DNA of 64,000 nt from Candidatus Heimdallarchaeum aukensis (GTDB taxonomy: Archaea > Asgardarchaeota > Heimdallarchaeia > Heimdallarchaeales > Heimdallarchaeaceae), in NCBI GenBank assembly GCA_021513695.1, contig CP084166.1, forward strand, positions 2,400,001-2,464,000, written 5' to 3'. The first letter of the stretch is position 1. Each line of letters begins with the position of its first letter. Shown here in pieces: positions 47,170 to 56,863 of the stretch. Made by a program: the position numbers and the translations under genes. Under the pieces are notes generated by a model. The model had not been told where the DNA came from. It made no database searches and saw nothing but the letters and a program-made list of their open reading frames with translations.

Positions 47170-48162
47170 GTGAAAAAAGTGTCAAATTACACAAAATTAA
47201 AGTGGTATCGCTTTGATATTGCAAGAAGAATCAGAGCGCTTGATGGAGAAGAACTAGTTGCAGAATTGGAAAAAATAATAGAAGAAATCAAAAGAAAAAA
47301 GTTAGATCGATTAGGCGTATTTAAAGTACAGATTAGAGAATTGGAACAGCTAATAGAAAATGAAAAAGCTCAACCAAAGAGAAAAGGAAGACAATACGAC
47401 CCCTTCTTTATTCCATATGGAGGGGATGGAAGAGTTGCACTTTTTGGTTTGTCAAATGTCGGAAAAAGCTCGCTTATGAATGCTATAACTAACGCAGAAG
47501 TAGCTACAGGAAATTATTTGAACACTACGAGACAAGCATTAGCAGGGACGTGTGAATACGAGAATGTAAAAATTCAGATTATTGATTTACCCGGTTTCCT
47601 AGACTTTAAAGAGGATTGGAACATTAGTAAACAAATCTTAAGGGTTGCTCGAACTTGTGACTCTATAACACTTGTAATAGATTTGTCAATGAATGTTGAA
47701 AGACAATATAACTTTCTTATCCAACAATTAGAAAACGCTAGATTAATTAAAGATGGAGAAACAATCTACAAATTTGCCATTATTGCAACAAAAGGTGATC
47801 TTCCTTGTACAGAAGAAGCTTTCAAGAAATTGAAAACAATAACTGATTTATCCATATGCCCAATCTCAATGAAAAATAAGGATTCTTTGGACAGATTAAA
47901 GAAAATGCTCTTTGAAACATTAAATGTAGTAAGGGTCTATACCAAGAAACCTAAAAATCAACCTGATATGGAGCATCCTCTCGTTCTACCAAAAGGTTCA
48001 ACAGTTAAAGATGTAGCACTGAAATTACACAAGGATTTCCTTAAATTTTTCAAATATGCTAGAATTTGGGGTAAATCTTGCGATTTTCCTGGTCAAAGAG
48101 TAGGGGTTGAGCATATTCTTGAAGACGAGGATATAGTAGAAATTTCAACTTCACAAAAATAG
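47170..48162 (+). CDS. DRG/Obg-family GTP-binding protein with C-terminal TGS domain
   Basis: G1 GLSNVGKSS, G3 DLPGF, G4 TKGD. C-terminal VVRVYTKKP...GSTVKDVALKLHKDF...ARIWGKS...GQRVGVEHILEDEDIVEI (TGS). GTG start preceded by GGAGGTGA. Confidence 0.85.
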   Translation: MKKVSNYTKLKWYRFDIARRIRALDGEELVAELEKIIEEIKRKKLDRLGVFKVQIRELEQLIENEKAQPKRKGRQYDPFFIPYGGDGRVALFGLSNVGKSSLMNAITNAEVATGNYLNTTRQALAGTCEYENVKIQIIDLPGFLDFKEDWNISKQILRVARTCDSITLVIDLSMNVERQYNFLIQQLENARLIKDGETIYKFAIIATKGDLPCTEEAFKKLKTITDLSICPISMKNKDSLDRLKKMLFETLNVVRVYTKKPKNQPDMEHPLVLPKGSTVKDVALKLHKDFLKFFKYARIWGKSCDFPGQRVGVEHILEDEDIVEISTSQK

Positions 48163-48258
48163 CCTAATTTCTACTTTTTTTTATTTCTAAAAAAAAGATT
48201 GAACGAAACTTTTAGTTCTGGATAAAATTTATAACATATTAATATCTTTTCGATTTCA

Positions 48259-48777
48259 ATGGATTCAGTAAGCCATGGAAGCGTTTCCACTCTTATCGGT
48301 TTTATTTTCATTCAATTTTATGACGTACCGTTTTTCCCCTTGCTGGCTATATTGTTTGTATGGGGAGTTTTAGTTGATTATGATCATGCAATATATTATA
48401 AGCAAAAACATCCTGAAGCAAAAATATGGAATATTCCTCAACTAATTAAGATCTATTTCAGTACTGTGGATAACAATGATGAATTTATTTATCATACATG
48501 GTTGCATGAACCATTAGGGGTATTGTTTGTAAGTGCAATAACAGTTCCAATTTTTTATTTCACTAAATATCCTGAATTTATAATTCTAGCAATAAGTTGT
48601 TACTTTTTTCATTTTTTACTAGATTTATTTTCTGGAAAGATGAAACCTTTAGCTCCCTTTAACGAAGAATTCACAATAAGATGGCAAATTCTTCCACGAA
48701 ATTCATTTACTGCTGCTTCAATATCATTGTTAGTATTTTTAGTTACATTGTCTATACAAATATTCATAGGTTTCTAA
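48259..48777 (+). CDS. Membrane-bound metal-dependent hydrolase (DUF457/YdjM-like)
   Basis: MDSVSHGS start, VDYDH, HTWLHEP and HFLLDLFSG His/Asp motifs spread over four hydrophobic helices. Confidence 0.5.
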   Translation: MDSVSHGSVSTLIGFIFIQFYDVPFFPLLAILFVWGVLVDYDHAIYYKQKHPEAKIWNIPQLIKIYFSTVDNNDEFIYHTWLHEPLGVLFVSAITVPIFYFTKYPEFIILAISCYFFHFLLDLFSGKMKPLAPFNEEFTIRWQILPRNSFTAASISLLVFLVTLSIQIFIGF

Positions 48778-48823
48778 TTTTTCAAAAAAAGCTTATTTAG
48801 TTAGAAGTTAAATGTAAATTGAA

Positions 48824-51217
48824 ATGTCAACAGAATTTGTAGGTAAAGTTCCTACTAAATTGGTAAAACTAGTGCTAAATCATGTTATAAGAAAAAAACA
48901 CTTTAAAAATAATCAAGTTATTCCGCCAGAGAATTGGCATTCGTTAGGTAATTTTGTAGGAATAGATAAAGAAAAGATGGAGATAAAACTAGAAAATGGT
49001 GAAATGAAGATAGAATATATCAAGCCCCATATAGTCAAGATTTTTTATGGTCTAAAAAAAGAAAAAAAGCCGTTAAGTTTTGCTATTGAGAAAGATCTTG
49101 ATTCATTTACACAAATTTTTGTTAGCGATAGAAAAGAAGTAGTAGACATAAGCCCTAAAGGAAGTAAGAAACAACAGAGTATTTCCATTATTATTGATAA
49201 AGATAATAATCTCTGCATTTTTAAATCTCCAAGAGGAGAGATTTATTCTGAAACTATACCAATTTATTCAGAAGAAAAGTGGTATAGAAGTTTAAAGATA
49301 TCAAATAAAACAAGAGAACATTATTTTGGTTTTGGAGAAGCTACAGGAGAGTTAGATAAAGTTAATAATACTGTTGCATTTTGGAATACTGACAGTCTAC
49401 CTTATGACAATAAAAGAAAAAATCTCTATCAAAGCCAGCCAATTCAAGTTACAATTCAAGAAAATGGTTTAATTTATGCAATAATTTATGATAACCCATA
49501 CAAATCTACAATTTCTGTTGAAAAAAACGAAGCAGGTTACATAACTGAATATTCTGTCGCTGGAGGAGGAATAATTTATTACCTTATAGTCAGTTCATCA
49601 ATTTCAGGCCTGTTTTCTGAATTAACATACATTTTAGGAAAAGTACCTCTTCCTCCATTAAATTCTCTAGGTCACCATCAAAGCCTATGGTCATATAAGA
49701 ATGAAGAAGAAGTGAGAAAAGTCGCAGAAACTTTCAGAAATAAGCAAATACCTTGCGACTTTATTCATTTAGACATTGATTATATGGATGGCTATAGAAT
49801 ATTTACGTGGAATAAAGAACGATTTCCAAATATTAAAGAATTATCGTCTGAATTACTCGAAAAACACAACATTAAACTTCTCGCTATTACCGATCCAGGA
49901 ATAAAAGTTGATCCCGAATATTTTATGTATAAGGAAGGAATAAAAGATAATCATTTTGTCAAAAATGAAGATGGAAAAACACTATTCGAAGGAGAAGTAT
50001 GGCCCGGACAATGTCATTTTCCTGACTTTAGCCAGCAAAAAACAAGAGAATGGTTTGGTAGTAAGTTTAAGATTTTAGATGAGTGTGGAATAGAAGCTTT
50101 TTGGATAGATATGAATGAACCTTCAGTTTTTTCAGAATTAGGGACTATACCAGAGGCTGCAATTCATCCTTGCGATGGAAAAAACAGATCTCATGCAGAA
50201 ATGCATAATCAATATGGACACTTGATGTCAAAAGCGGTTTATGAGGGATTAAAAAAAATCAATGAAAATAAACGTGTATTCATTTTAACTCGTTCAGCCT
50301 ATATTGGAACACAAAGATATGCTGGGAGCTGGACAGGAGATAATAATGCTGAATGGGGGCACCTAAGAATGAGTTTACCTATGTTGATGAATATGGCTAT
50401 AAGTGGACAAGTAATGATTGGTCCTGATATTGGGGGTTTTCTAGGAAAACCTTCTGCAGAATTACTCATTAGATGGTACCAAGCAGGATTATTCTATCCC
50501 TTTTTCAGAAATCATAGTATAAATAAAAATTGCCGACATGAGCCATGGGTATTTGGAAAGCGTGTAGAAAAAATTATCCGCAAAACAATCCAATTAAGGT
50601 ATCAGTTATTACCCTATCTCTATACTTCGCTGGTGGAAACTTGTAAAACTGGTATACCTCTCTTTAAAGCTCTTTTCATTGATTACATAAACGACGAAGA
50701 GGTCTATAATAAACAATGGCTTAATACTGAGTATTTAGTGGGAAATTCATTACTTATTGCACCAATTCTTAAAAAATGGAGAAGAAAAAGAAAAGTATAT
50801 TTTCCTAAAGGGACAAAATGGTTTAGTTTTGATGGTAGTCAAATTTATGAAGGAGGAAAAACATATACTATCTCTATCCCTCTTGATTCCTTCAATTTTA
50901 TTTTTATAAAAGAAGGTTCTATAATTCCAATAATTGATAAGGATATTCAATCAACAGAAGAAGTGCTGAAAGAGCCATTAACTATCCTAATTTGTGGAGA
51001 AAAAGAAGCAAAAGGAGAAGTTTACCTTGATGATGGTTATACTATGAATTATGAAAAAGAAGACTTTGAAATTGCAAGATTCGAAGCAAAGCTACAAGAG
51101 AAAGAATCATGGAATATTTACCTCTCTAGAGAAGGGAAAAAGAAGAAATACATCAATGTTGAAAATGTAAAGCAGGTAGGCCATAGGACTATAGGTTTTG
51201 CAATATTTGAAGAATAA
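48824..51217 (+). CDS. Alpha-glucosidase, glycoside hydrolase family 31, cytoplasmic
   Basis: GH31 signatures FWIDMNEPS (nucleophile Asp), SWTGDN and IGPDIGGF. No signal peptide. Confidence 0.88.
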   Translation: MSTEFVGKVPTKLVKLVLNHVIRKKHFKNNQVIPPENWHSLGNFVGIDKEKMEIKLENGEMKIEYIKPHIVKIFYGLKKEKKPLSFAIEKDLDSFTQIFVSDRKEVVDISPKGSKKQQSISIIIDKDNNLCIFKSPRGEIYSETIPIYSEEKWYRSLKISNKTREHYFGFGEATGELDKVNNTVAFWNTDSLPYDNKRKNLYQSQPIQVTIQENGLIYAIIYDNPYKSTISVEKNEAGYITEYSVAGGGIIYYLIVSSSISGLFSELTYILGKVPLPPLNSLGHHQSLWSYKNEEEVRKVAETFRNKQIPCDFIHLDIDYMDGYRIFTWNKERFPNIKELSSELLEKHNIKLLAITDPGIKVDPEYFMYKEGIKDNHFVKNEDGKTLFEGEVWPGQCHFPDFSQQKTREWFGSKFKILDECGIEAFWIDMNEPSVFSELGTIPEAAIHPCDGKNRSHAEMHNQYGHLMSKAVYEGLKKINENKRVFILTRSAYIGTQRYAGSWTGDNNAEWGHLRMSLPMLMNMAISGQVMIGPDIGGFLGKPSAELLIRWYQAGLFYPFFRNHSINKNCRHEPWVFGKRVEKIIRKTIQLRYQLLPYLYTSLVETCKTGIPLFKALFIDYINDEEVYNKQWLNTEYLVGNSLLIAPILKKWRRKRKVYFPKGTKWFSFDGSQIYEGGKTYTISIPLDSFNFIFIKEGSIIPIIDKDIQSTEEVLKEPLTILICGEKEAKGEVYLDDGYTMNYEKEDFEIARFEAKLQEKESWNIYLSREGKKKKYINVENVKQVGHRTIGFAIFEE

Positions 51218-51260
51218 TTAATTTAATTGTAATAACTAAAAAATATTAGTTTATTTACTT

Positions 51261-51587
51261 TTAGCTTTCAGGGATAGAACGAGGAATAGATGGGTCATCA
51301 GCTTCGTGATATATCTTTCCTTCTCTACCAAGGGAGATTTGCTTTTTTCCTAAATATTCTTTACACCAACCATTAACAATACTAACTACTTGTCCAACTT
51401 TGTAATCTTCTCCCGCTTTAGGACCCCAAAGAGTTAGAACAGTTGAACCAGTTTGGTCAACTAATAATAAATCCCAAGCATAAAGCCATCTTCCTCGAGA
51501 GTTAATTTTTCGTGGACCTTGTTTAGAAATTATTCTAGCTTTTATCTCGTCAAAATTGCTATTTGCTTTCAGTTCATTAATTTTCAT
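51261..51587 (-). CDS. Single OB-fold ssDNA-binding protein (crenarchaeal SSB / hSSB1-like)
   Basis: LLLVDQTGSTVLTLWGPKAGEDYKVGQVVSIVNGWCKEYLGKKQISLGREGKI parallels Sulfolobus SSB ([49 protein letters not shown]). Short flexible tail. Confidence 0.7.
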   Translation of the reverse strand: MKINELKANSNFDEIKARIISKQGPRKINSRGRWLYAWDLLLVDQTGSTVLTLWGPKAGEDYKVGQVVSIVNGWCKEYLGKKQISLGREGKIYHEADDPSIPRSIPES

Positions 51588-51679
51588 AAATTTTATTTTA
51601 AATTAAGGCACATAAACTTTTTTGTACATTCTTCTTTGTCTTAGAAATAGAAAAAAAATAATAATAAAAAAATAAGAGA

Positions 51680-52354
51680 CTAGTTTCCTGTTTCAGCTAA
51701 AGCTATCTGGATTGCTCTTTCTATATTCTCATCTACTCGCAATCCTTTATTCCTATCTTGGGGGGAAACAACATTTATGATAGCGATGTCTGCTCCATTG
51801 AAGTAAGCTTCTTTTACCTTATTTACCACTAAACCTCCTGCAACTGAAATAAGTGTGTCAAATTTTGATCTTATTTTAGTTATATCTTTATATCGAATGA
51901 TACTTCTTGGATTGTCTTCTTCATCTCGTCCTTTATGAATAACTACCGCATGGGGTTTAAAACGTAAAGGCATCATTTTGCGTAGAGGGTTAGTTACTCC
52001 TAACATGTCAATAACGGCATACAAACCATTTTCTCGACAGAATTTACAGAACAAGTTTAGGGTGTCTATAGGTGCTGAACCTAATACTGTTACTGCATTT
52101 GCTCCAGCTTTTGCTGCTATCATTGTTTCACTAAAAGCACCATCTGTTAGTTTTAGATCCGCTAAAAGTAAACCTCTCCAATGTCTCCGAATATAGTGAA
52201 CACCTCTCATCCCTTCGAGTTTAATAAAAGGTGTTCCTGCCTCAATTATAATTCTTGGATCGTTAGGTATTCTAGGGAGAATAGCTCTGACTTGTGATAA
52301 GTCACCGTTAAAAGCTATCTGGACATACCTACGATGCGAATCCAAGTTTATCAT
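51680..52354 (-). CDS. 3-hexulose-6-phosphate synthase-like protein (OMP decarboxylase superfamily)
   Basis: VQIAFNGDL, IIEAGTPFIK and LLADLKLTDG follow the HPS/KGPDC pattern (QvAlD..., EvGTPlik, aDlKtmD). Confidence 0.55.
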   Translation of the reverse strand: MINLDSHRRYVQIAFNGDLSQVRAILPRIPNDPRIIIEAGTPFIKLEGMRGVHYIRRHWRGLLLADLKLTDGAFSETMIAAKAGANAVTVLGSAPIDTLNLFCKFCRENGLYAVIDMLGVTNPLRKMMPLRFKPHAVVIHKGRDEEDNPRSIIRYKDITKIRSKFDTLISVAGGLVVNKVKEAYFNGADIAIINVVSPQDRNKGLRVDENIERAIQIALAETGN

Positions 52355-52358
52355 GTTC

Positions 52359-53141
52359 TTACTCCTTTGATTTATTTACTTTGTGAATGATATCAGTTAT
52401 TTCTTCAGTTAAACCTCCAGGCATGAAAATAACAACTTTCTCACTGGGGTCTTGGGCTATATCTCTTATGGTTTGCAATGTCCTAAGTTGTAAACCACCT
52501 TTTGTTTTAGTTAAAATTGTAGCAGCTTCAGATAGCTTTTTAGCTGCGATGAATTCACCTTCAGCTTTAATAATAACTGCACGTTTATCTCTTTCTGCTT
52601 CAGCTTGGATAGCAAAAGCTCTTTTCATTTCAGCTGGAAGTTCAATTTCTTGCATTTTAATTGCTTCAATATCTACTCCCCATTCACTTGTTTCTTTATC
52701 AACGATTTTCTTGATGTCTGCAGCTATTTGATCTCTCTCAGTTAAAACTTGGTCTAATTCCATTGTTCCAATGGTGTCTCTTAATGCAGCTTGTGTGTAT
52801 TGCTGAACTGCATAACGATAGTTAGCTATTTTTATCACTGCATCCTCCGGTCTTTCTACTTTGAAATAGACTACAGCATTAGTCAGAACAGGAATATTGT
52901 CCTTTGTCATAACTTCTTGTCGAGGAATATCTTGGGTAATTATTCTTAAATCAACTTTTACTCCTTTCTCTAATATAGGGATAACATACACGAGTCCTGG
53001 TCCTATCGTTCGTACATACTTACCAAGTCTAAAGACTACTATTCTTTCATATTCATAGGCTAATTTCAAACCAGAGATAAAAAATAAGCCAATTAAAACC
53101 ACGGCTACACTAATAATAACAATAAGCACTTCTTCTTCCAT
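52359..53141 (-). CDS. SPFH/band-7 (stomatin/prohibitin-like) membrane protein
   Basis: N-terminal anchor helix, then YERIVVFRLGKY...GPGLVYVIPILE...VDLR...TKDNIPV...AVVYFKV and a coiled-coil AEAER region. Confidence 0.88.
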   Translation of the reverse strand: MEEEVLIVIISVAVVLIGLFFISGLKLAYEYERIVVFRLGKYVRTIGPGLVYVIPILEKGVKVDLRIITQDIPRQEVMTKDNIPVLTNAVVYFKVERPEDAVIKIANYRYAVQQYTQAALRDTIGTMELDQVLTERDQIAADIKKIVDKETSEWGVDIEAIKMQEIELPAEMKRAFAIQAEAERDKRAVIIKAEGEFIAAKKLSEAATILTKTKGGLQLRTLQTIRDIAQDPSEKVVIFMPGGLTEEITDIIHKVNKSKE

Positions 53142-53434
53142 TTTCTATCAACTCTTTAGTCTAAGTTCTTTACATTAATCCTCAATTTTAAATCTATCCA
53201 AATAAAGTTCAATTTTTCTGATGTTCCAGCTGTGTCTTTAATTAGAATTAATATTTTTACCTACTTTCTAAAATCCAAAAATCGTTAATTTGCAAATGCT
53301 TTTAAATGAGAACAGTTTTACGTAACTTGAAGTTTTAAAATAATTCCTTATTTGTTTCAAAATAATGCAATTGTTTTAAACACTATGAAACACTAACTAC
53401 GATACAACACGATGTTAGATAAAACCAGTATACG

Positions 53435-54727
53435 GTGATAAAAATAAAATTCAACGAATTACCATTGACACATGAAACCATGCTAGCGATAGAAAAAATT
53501 GGTTTCACAACATTAACAGATATTCAAGAACAAGCTATTCCTCAGATACTTGAAAGAAATGACACTCATGTTTTAGCTCAAGCAAAAACAGGAACAGGAA
53601 AAACACTTTCTTTTGCAATTCCTTTGGTAGAAAAACTTGATCCAAAGAAGAAAATTGTTCAAGCAGTAATTATTGTTCCAACAAGAGAGCTGTGTAAACA
53701 AGTTCATTCAGTTATTAAAGAAGTATCAAGATATAGACGCTTTAAAACAGTAGAAGTCTATGGAGGAGTATCTATAAACAGACAAATAGAAAAAATAGAA
53801 TCAGGGGCACAGATTGTTATAGCTACCCCGGGGAGACTAATTGATCTTTACTATAGAGAGGTAATAAATCTAGATAAAGTAAGATTTGCCGTTTTAGATG
53901 AAGCAGATAAAATGTTAGATATGGGATTTTTCCCAGATATAGAGTTTATCTTGTTTGAAGCAATGAAAAATGCTAGACCACATTTAATGCTATTTTCAGC
54001 AACAATTATAGACACAATAAGAGAAATCGCTTTTGATTTCACTATTGGTCAAAAGTTATTGGAAATTGACGTATCTCATGACTCATTAACAGTTGAAAGT
54101 TGTGAACAATATTATTATAAAGTAAATGACCAAAGATACAAATATTCTACATTCAAACAGATTCTAAAAAAAGAGAACCCTAAATTTAGTATTATTTTTG
54201 TAAATACCAAAAAAATGGCAAACATTTTAGCAAAAAGATTACGACATGAAAAGGATTTATCTCTAAGAGTAGACATGCTACACGGTGATATGACACAAAG
54301 ACAAAGGGAGATAGTTACTAATCGTTTTAGAAAAAAACAATTAAATTGCTTGATTGCAACAAATGTAGCAGCAAGGGGATTAGATTTTCCACATATTACT
54401 CATATTTTCAATTATGATATACCTGACACAGTAGAAAACTATGTTCATAGGGTAGGTAGAACATCAAGAATGGGTTCATCTGGGACAGCTATTTCTTTAG
54501 TAGTTGATGATGGTAAACAATTAAGCCAGTTATATGCGATAGAACAATTTATTGATCTAGAAATAAAGAGACAACACATAAAATTCTCAAAAAGTGAACA
54601 TTCGGCTTCTAGTAATAGAGAAAAAAAACATAATGAAAATTCTAGTAATAGGTATAAAAATAAAAGTTCTAAAAAATCCAAATCTCCCTATTACAAAAAG
54701 GTCTATTCACAGATTGAAAGAAACTAG
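53435..54727 (+). CDS. DEAD-box ATP-dependent RNA helicase with basic/Ser-rich C-terminal tail
   Basis: Q-motif region FTTLTDIQEQAIP, AQAKTGTGKT, PTRELC, DEAD, SAT, ARGLD, HRVGRTSR. GTG start. Confidence 0.93.
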   Translation: MIKIKFNELPLTHETMLAIEKIGFTTLTDIQEQAIPQILERNDTHVLAQAKTGTGKTLSFAIPLVEKLDPKKKIVQAVIIVPTRELCKQVHSVIKEVSRYRRFKTVEVYGGVSINRQIEKIESGAQIVIATPGRLIDLYYREVINLDKVRFAVLDEADKMLDMGFFPDIEFILFEAMKNARPHLMLFSATIIDTIREIAFDFTIGQKLLEIDVSHDSLTVESCEQYYYKVNDQRYKYSTFKQILKKENPKFSIIFVNTKKMANILAKRLRHEKDLSLRVDMLHGDMTQRQREIVTNRFRKKQLNCLIATNVAARGLDFPHITHIFNYDIPDTVENYVHRVGRTSRMGSSGTAISLVVDDGKQLSQLYAIEQFIDLEIKRQHIKFSKSEHSASSNREKKHNENSSNRYKNKSSKKSKSPYYKKVYSQIERN

Positions 54728-54782
54728 TTATTCTACTTTTTCTATTTTATTTTTTTAAATAGTCTTTAGGAACTCATTAATT

Positions 54783-55601
54783 TTATTTTTCCAATTGCGA
54801 TGTCAAGATTAGCAAATCTTTTTGGAATTTTTGGTATTTGTTATCACTTTTTTCTGAATCAGAGATAAGAGAAAGGATTTTTTGAAGATTCATTCTATGT
54901 ATCTCCTTCTCTTCAGGAGTAAACTTAGAGAAATCTACTTTTCCTGATTTCAACCCTTGTAAGTAATCCAAGTTTCTTTTTATTAAACTCCTGTCTTTTT
55001 GTATTTCATCGTGACCTGTGATTAACCACCTATAGTCAAAAGAAAGATATTTTTCTAATGTGTCGACATAAGATTCAAAATCTAAATTGTTAATGTAAGG
55101 AAAGGGATATTCAACATTATCTCCAACAAACAGAGCTTTATCCTGAATGTCAAAACAAGAAGCCGATTCTGCTGTATGTCCTGGACTACTAAAAAAGACT
55201 ATTTGATCCTCAGGGAAAAAAAGTTTTGAATGAAACAGAAGGTTGGGTTTAACTAATGAGACTTTTCCCTTCTGATGTTTTCCATATTTATTCAATTCTT
55301 TTTCTGCTTTTGTTCTGAACACTTTCTCAAAATGTTCTTGGGCTATAATTATTTGTTCTGTAAAAAAGCAGTTTCCCCAAATATGGTCATAATCTGCGTG
55401 AGAATTAAAAATAATAACCTTTCTAGGAAAAACCTTTTTTTGTTCTTTCAGATGTTTAAAGACACTTTCCATTGATTCTGGACCCAAAAACGTATCACAA
55501 ATGAATGTATGTTTCTTTCCAATAATCACGAAAACATTTGTTCTATATGGTTCTGAAAAGGTGAATAAAATCCCCCTTTTTCCTATCTCTTGAATTTCCA
55601 T
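54783..55601 (-). CDS. MBL-fold metallo-hydrolase
   Basis: IIFNSHADYDHIWGN (HxHxDH-type), later SPGHT and TGHD metal-ligand contexts. Confidence 0.7.
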   Translation of the reverse strand: MEIQEIGKRGILFTFSEPYRTNVFVIIGKKHTFICDTFLGPESMESVFKHLKEQKKVFPRKVIIFNSHADYDHIWGNCFFTEQIIIAQEHFEKVFRTKAEKELNKYGKHQKGKVSLVKPNLLFHSKLFFPEDQIVFFSSPGHTAESASCFDIQDKALFVGDNVEYPFPYINNLDFESYVDTLEKYLSFDYRWLITGHDEIQKDRSLIKRNLDYLQGLKSGKVDFSKFTPEEKEIHRMNLQKILSLISDSEKSDNKYQKFQKDLLILTSQLEK

Positions 55602-55759
55602 TATTATAACACAAATTAATGTTCTCTTTAATTTTTCTTTTTAGTAATAAAAAAATTGTTCATTACTAAGAAATGCTAAAAAGCAATTTATAGTTTCAAT
55701 TATTTTATGATTTTTGGCTTTATTGACGTTTTTATGTCAGTTTTATAAGAGTTGTTCGA

Positions 55760-55773
55760 GTTTTTGCAAAAAC
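55760..55773. promoter_or_regulatory. Perfect 14-bp palindrome GTTTTTGCAAAAAC upstream of the 98-aa ORF (candidate operator)
   Basis: Read directly. Lies 9 nt upstream of a TATA-like TTATAA (55782-55787), which is 30 nt before the ATG at 55817. Confidence 0.3.
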
Positions 55774-55816
55774 GAAAATAGTTATAAGATGGTCGGTGTC
55801 ATCTCCTATGACGTAA

Positions 55817-56113
55817 ATGATAGAACGAATGCGCTTTTGTGCACAAGCATTAATATCTGCTTTAGAGAATAATCAAACTCCTACAACTTGTCTAGATGAA
55901 TTTATTAGTTCGGTAAGAGATGCTTGGATAAAATTTGAACAGGGTCAAATAACAGTAGCAATAAATCAACTTCCAAGACCGATGTACATGTTTGTTATAG
56001 AAGAATTACCAAAAGTGATTAATGACCCTTCACAAAAAGAAAAAATAATTAAAGAATTAAAACTTTTTTTGAATACAATTGATTTAATTATTCAACCTAA
56101 AGAAATTAATTAA
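55817..56113 (+). CDS. Hypothetical small helical protein
   Basis: 98-aa ORF with an ATG start and TATA-like box at the expected distance. No recognisable family. Confidence 0.45.
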   Translation: MIERMRFCAQALISALENNQTPTTCLDEFISSVRDAWIKFEQGQITVAINQLPRPMYMFVIEELPKVINDPSQKEKIIKELKLFLNTIDLIIQPKEIN

Positions 56114-56146
56114 GACAGTTTAAACACTTTCAATAATTTTTTTGAA

Positions 56147-56190
56147 TCTATTCAAAATCTATTCAAAATCTATTCAAAATCTATTCAAAA
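56147..56190. repeat. Tandem repeat: four perfect head-to-tail copies of the 11-bp unit TCTATTCAAAA
   Basis: Read directly: 56147-56157, 56158-56168, 56169-56179 and 56180-56190. Located between the convergent 3' ends of the 98-aa ORF and the 44-aa zinc-ribbon gene. Confidence 0.95.
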
Positions 56191-56280
56191 TAAGCTTAAA
56201 AAATAAAAAAAATGATTGTTAGTTCCTTAAAACAATGTTTTAAGTTATTCTTATTCTATAATAAAAAAGATGATTTGTTA

Positions 56281-56415
56281 TTAATAACGATTATATCTTC
56301 TATTATTTTGTCTATGTTTTCTATAACAATCTTGACAATAGACGGGTCTTTCACCATCTGGTTTGAAAGGTACCTGTGCATTTTTTCCACAGTCATCACA
56401 AACGATGTCAAACAT
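56281..56415 (-). CDS. 44-aa CxxC-x17-CxxC zinc-ribbon protein (missing from the ORF track because it is under 60 aa)
   Basis: Hand translation of the minus strand: ATG 56415-56413 ... TAA 56283-56281 gives MFDIVCDDCGKNAQVPFKPDGERPVYCQDCYRKHRQNNRRYNRY. The core C-x2-C-G-x5-VPFKP-x4-RPVYC-x2-C matches the known CxxC-x17-CxxC small-protein family. An in-frame TGA lies 13 codons upstream of the ATG. Confidence 0.75.
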   Translation of the reverse strand: MFDIVCDDCGKNAQVPFKPDGERPVYCQDCYRKHRQNNRRYNRY

Positions 56416-56863
56416 TTCACGATTGTCTATGTAATTTTCTCTACTCAATATATTTCACCGATTATTGATTGGTTATACTTGAAAGTTCATTAGGATCCAA
56501 AAAATAGTTGAGACTAATTTAATGATTCTAAAAGTGAACTACAAATATACTAAGTTAATGAAATATATGTAGTATTTAAATTCTAGGTTTGAACTCAAGA
56601 ATTATTTATTTGATTTAAACTCAAAGTAAAAAGTCCTTCTAAACTTTCAAAGTTACTCTTATTGTTATTCTTAATGCTTTATTTTTCTTTTTTATCTGTT
56701 TTCTAGTCATATAATTTTTTTATCAAGACACATTTGTATTTGAAAAAAGAGAACTTTTTTTACATTAGTAGGAGAACTAACATTTTATTGATAAATTCTT
56801 GGATTATATATTAGCAAAAAATAATTATAAAAAAAACAGATTTTTCTACAATTTTCTTTAAAT

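Noticed and set aside
56147-56190. Tandem repeat considered as a CRISPR array
   Set aside because: The unit is only 11 bp, the copies are contiguous with no spacers, and no cas genes are nearby. It is a simple tandem or iteron-type repeat.
56212-56493. 93-aa plus-strand ORF in the track
   Set aside because: Low-complexity Ile/Leu/Phe-rich translation with no motif. It lies exactly antisense to the 44-aa CxxC-x17-CxxC gene, which has a recognisable conserved family signature.
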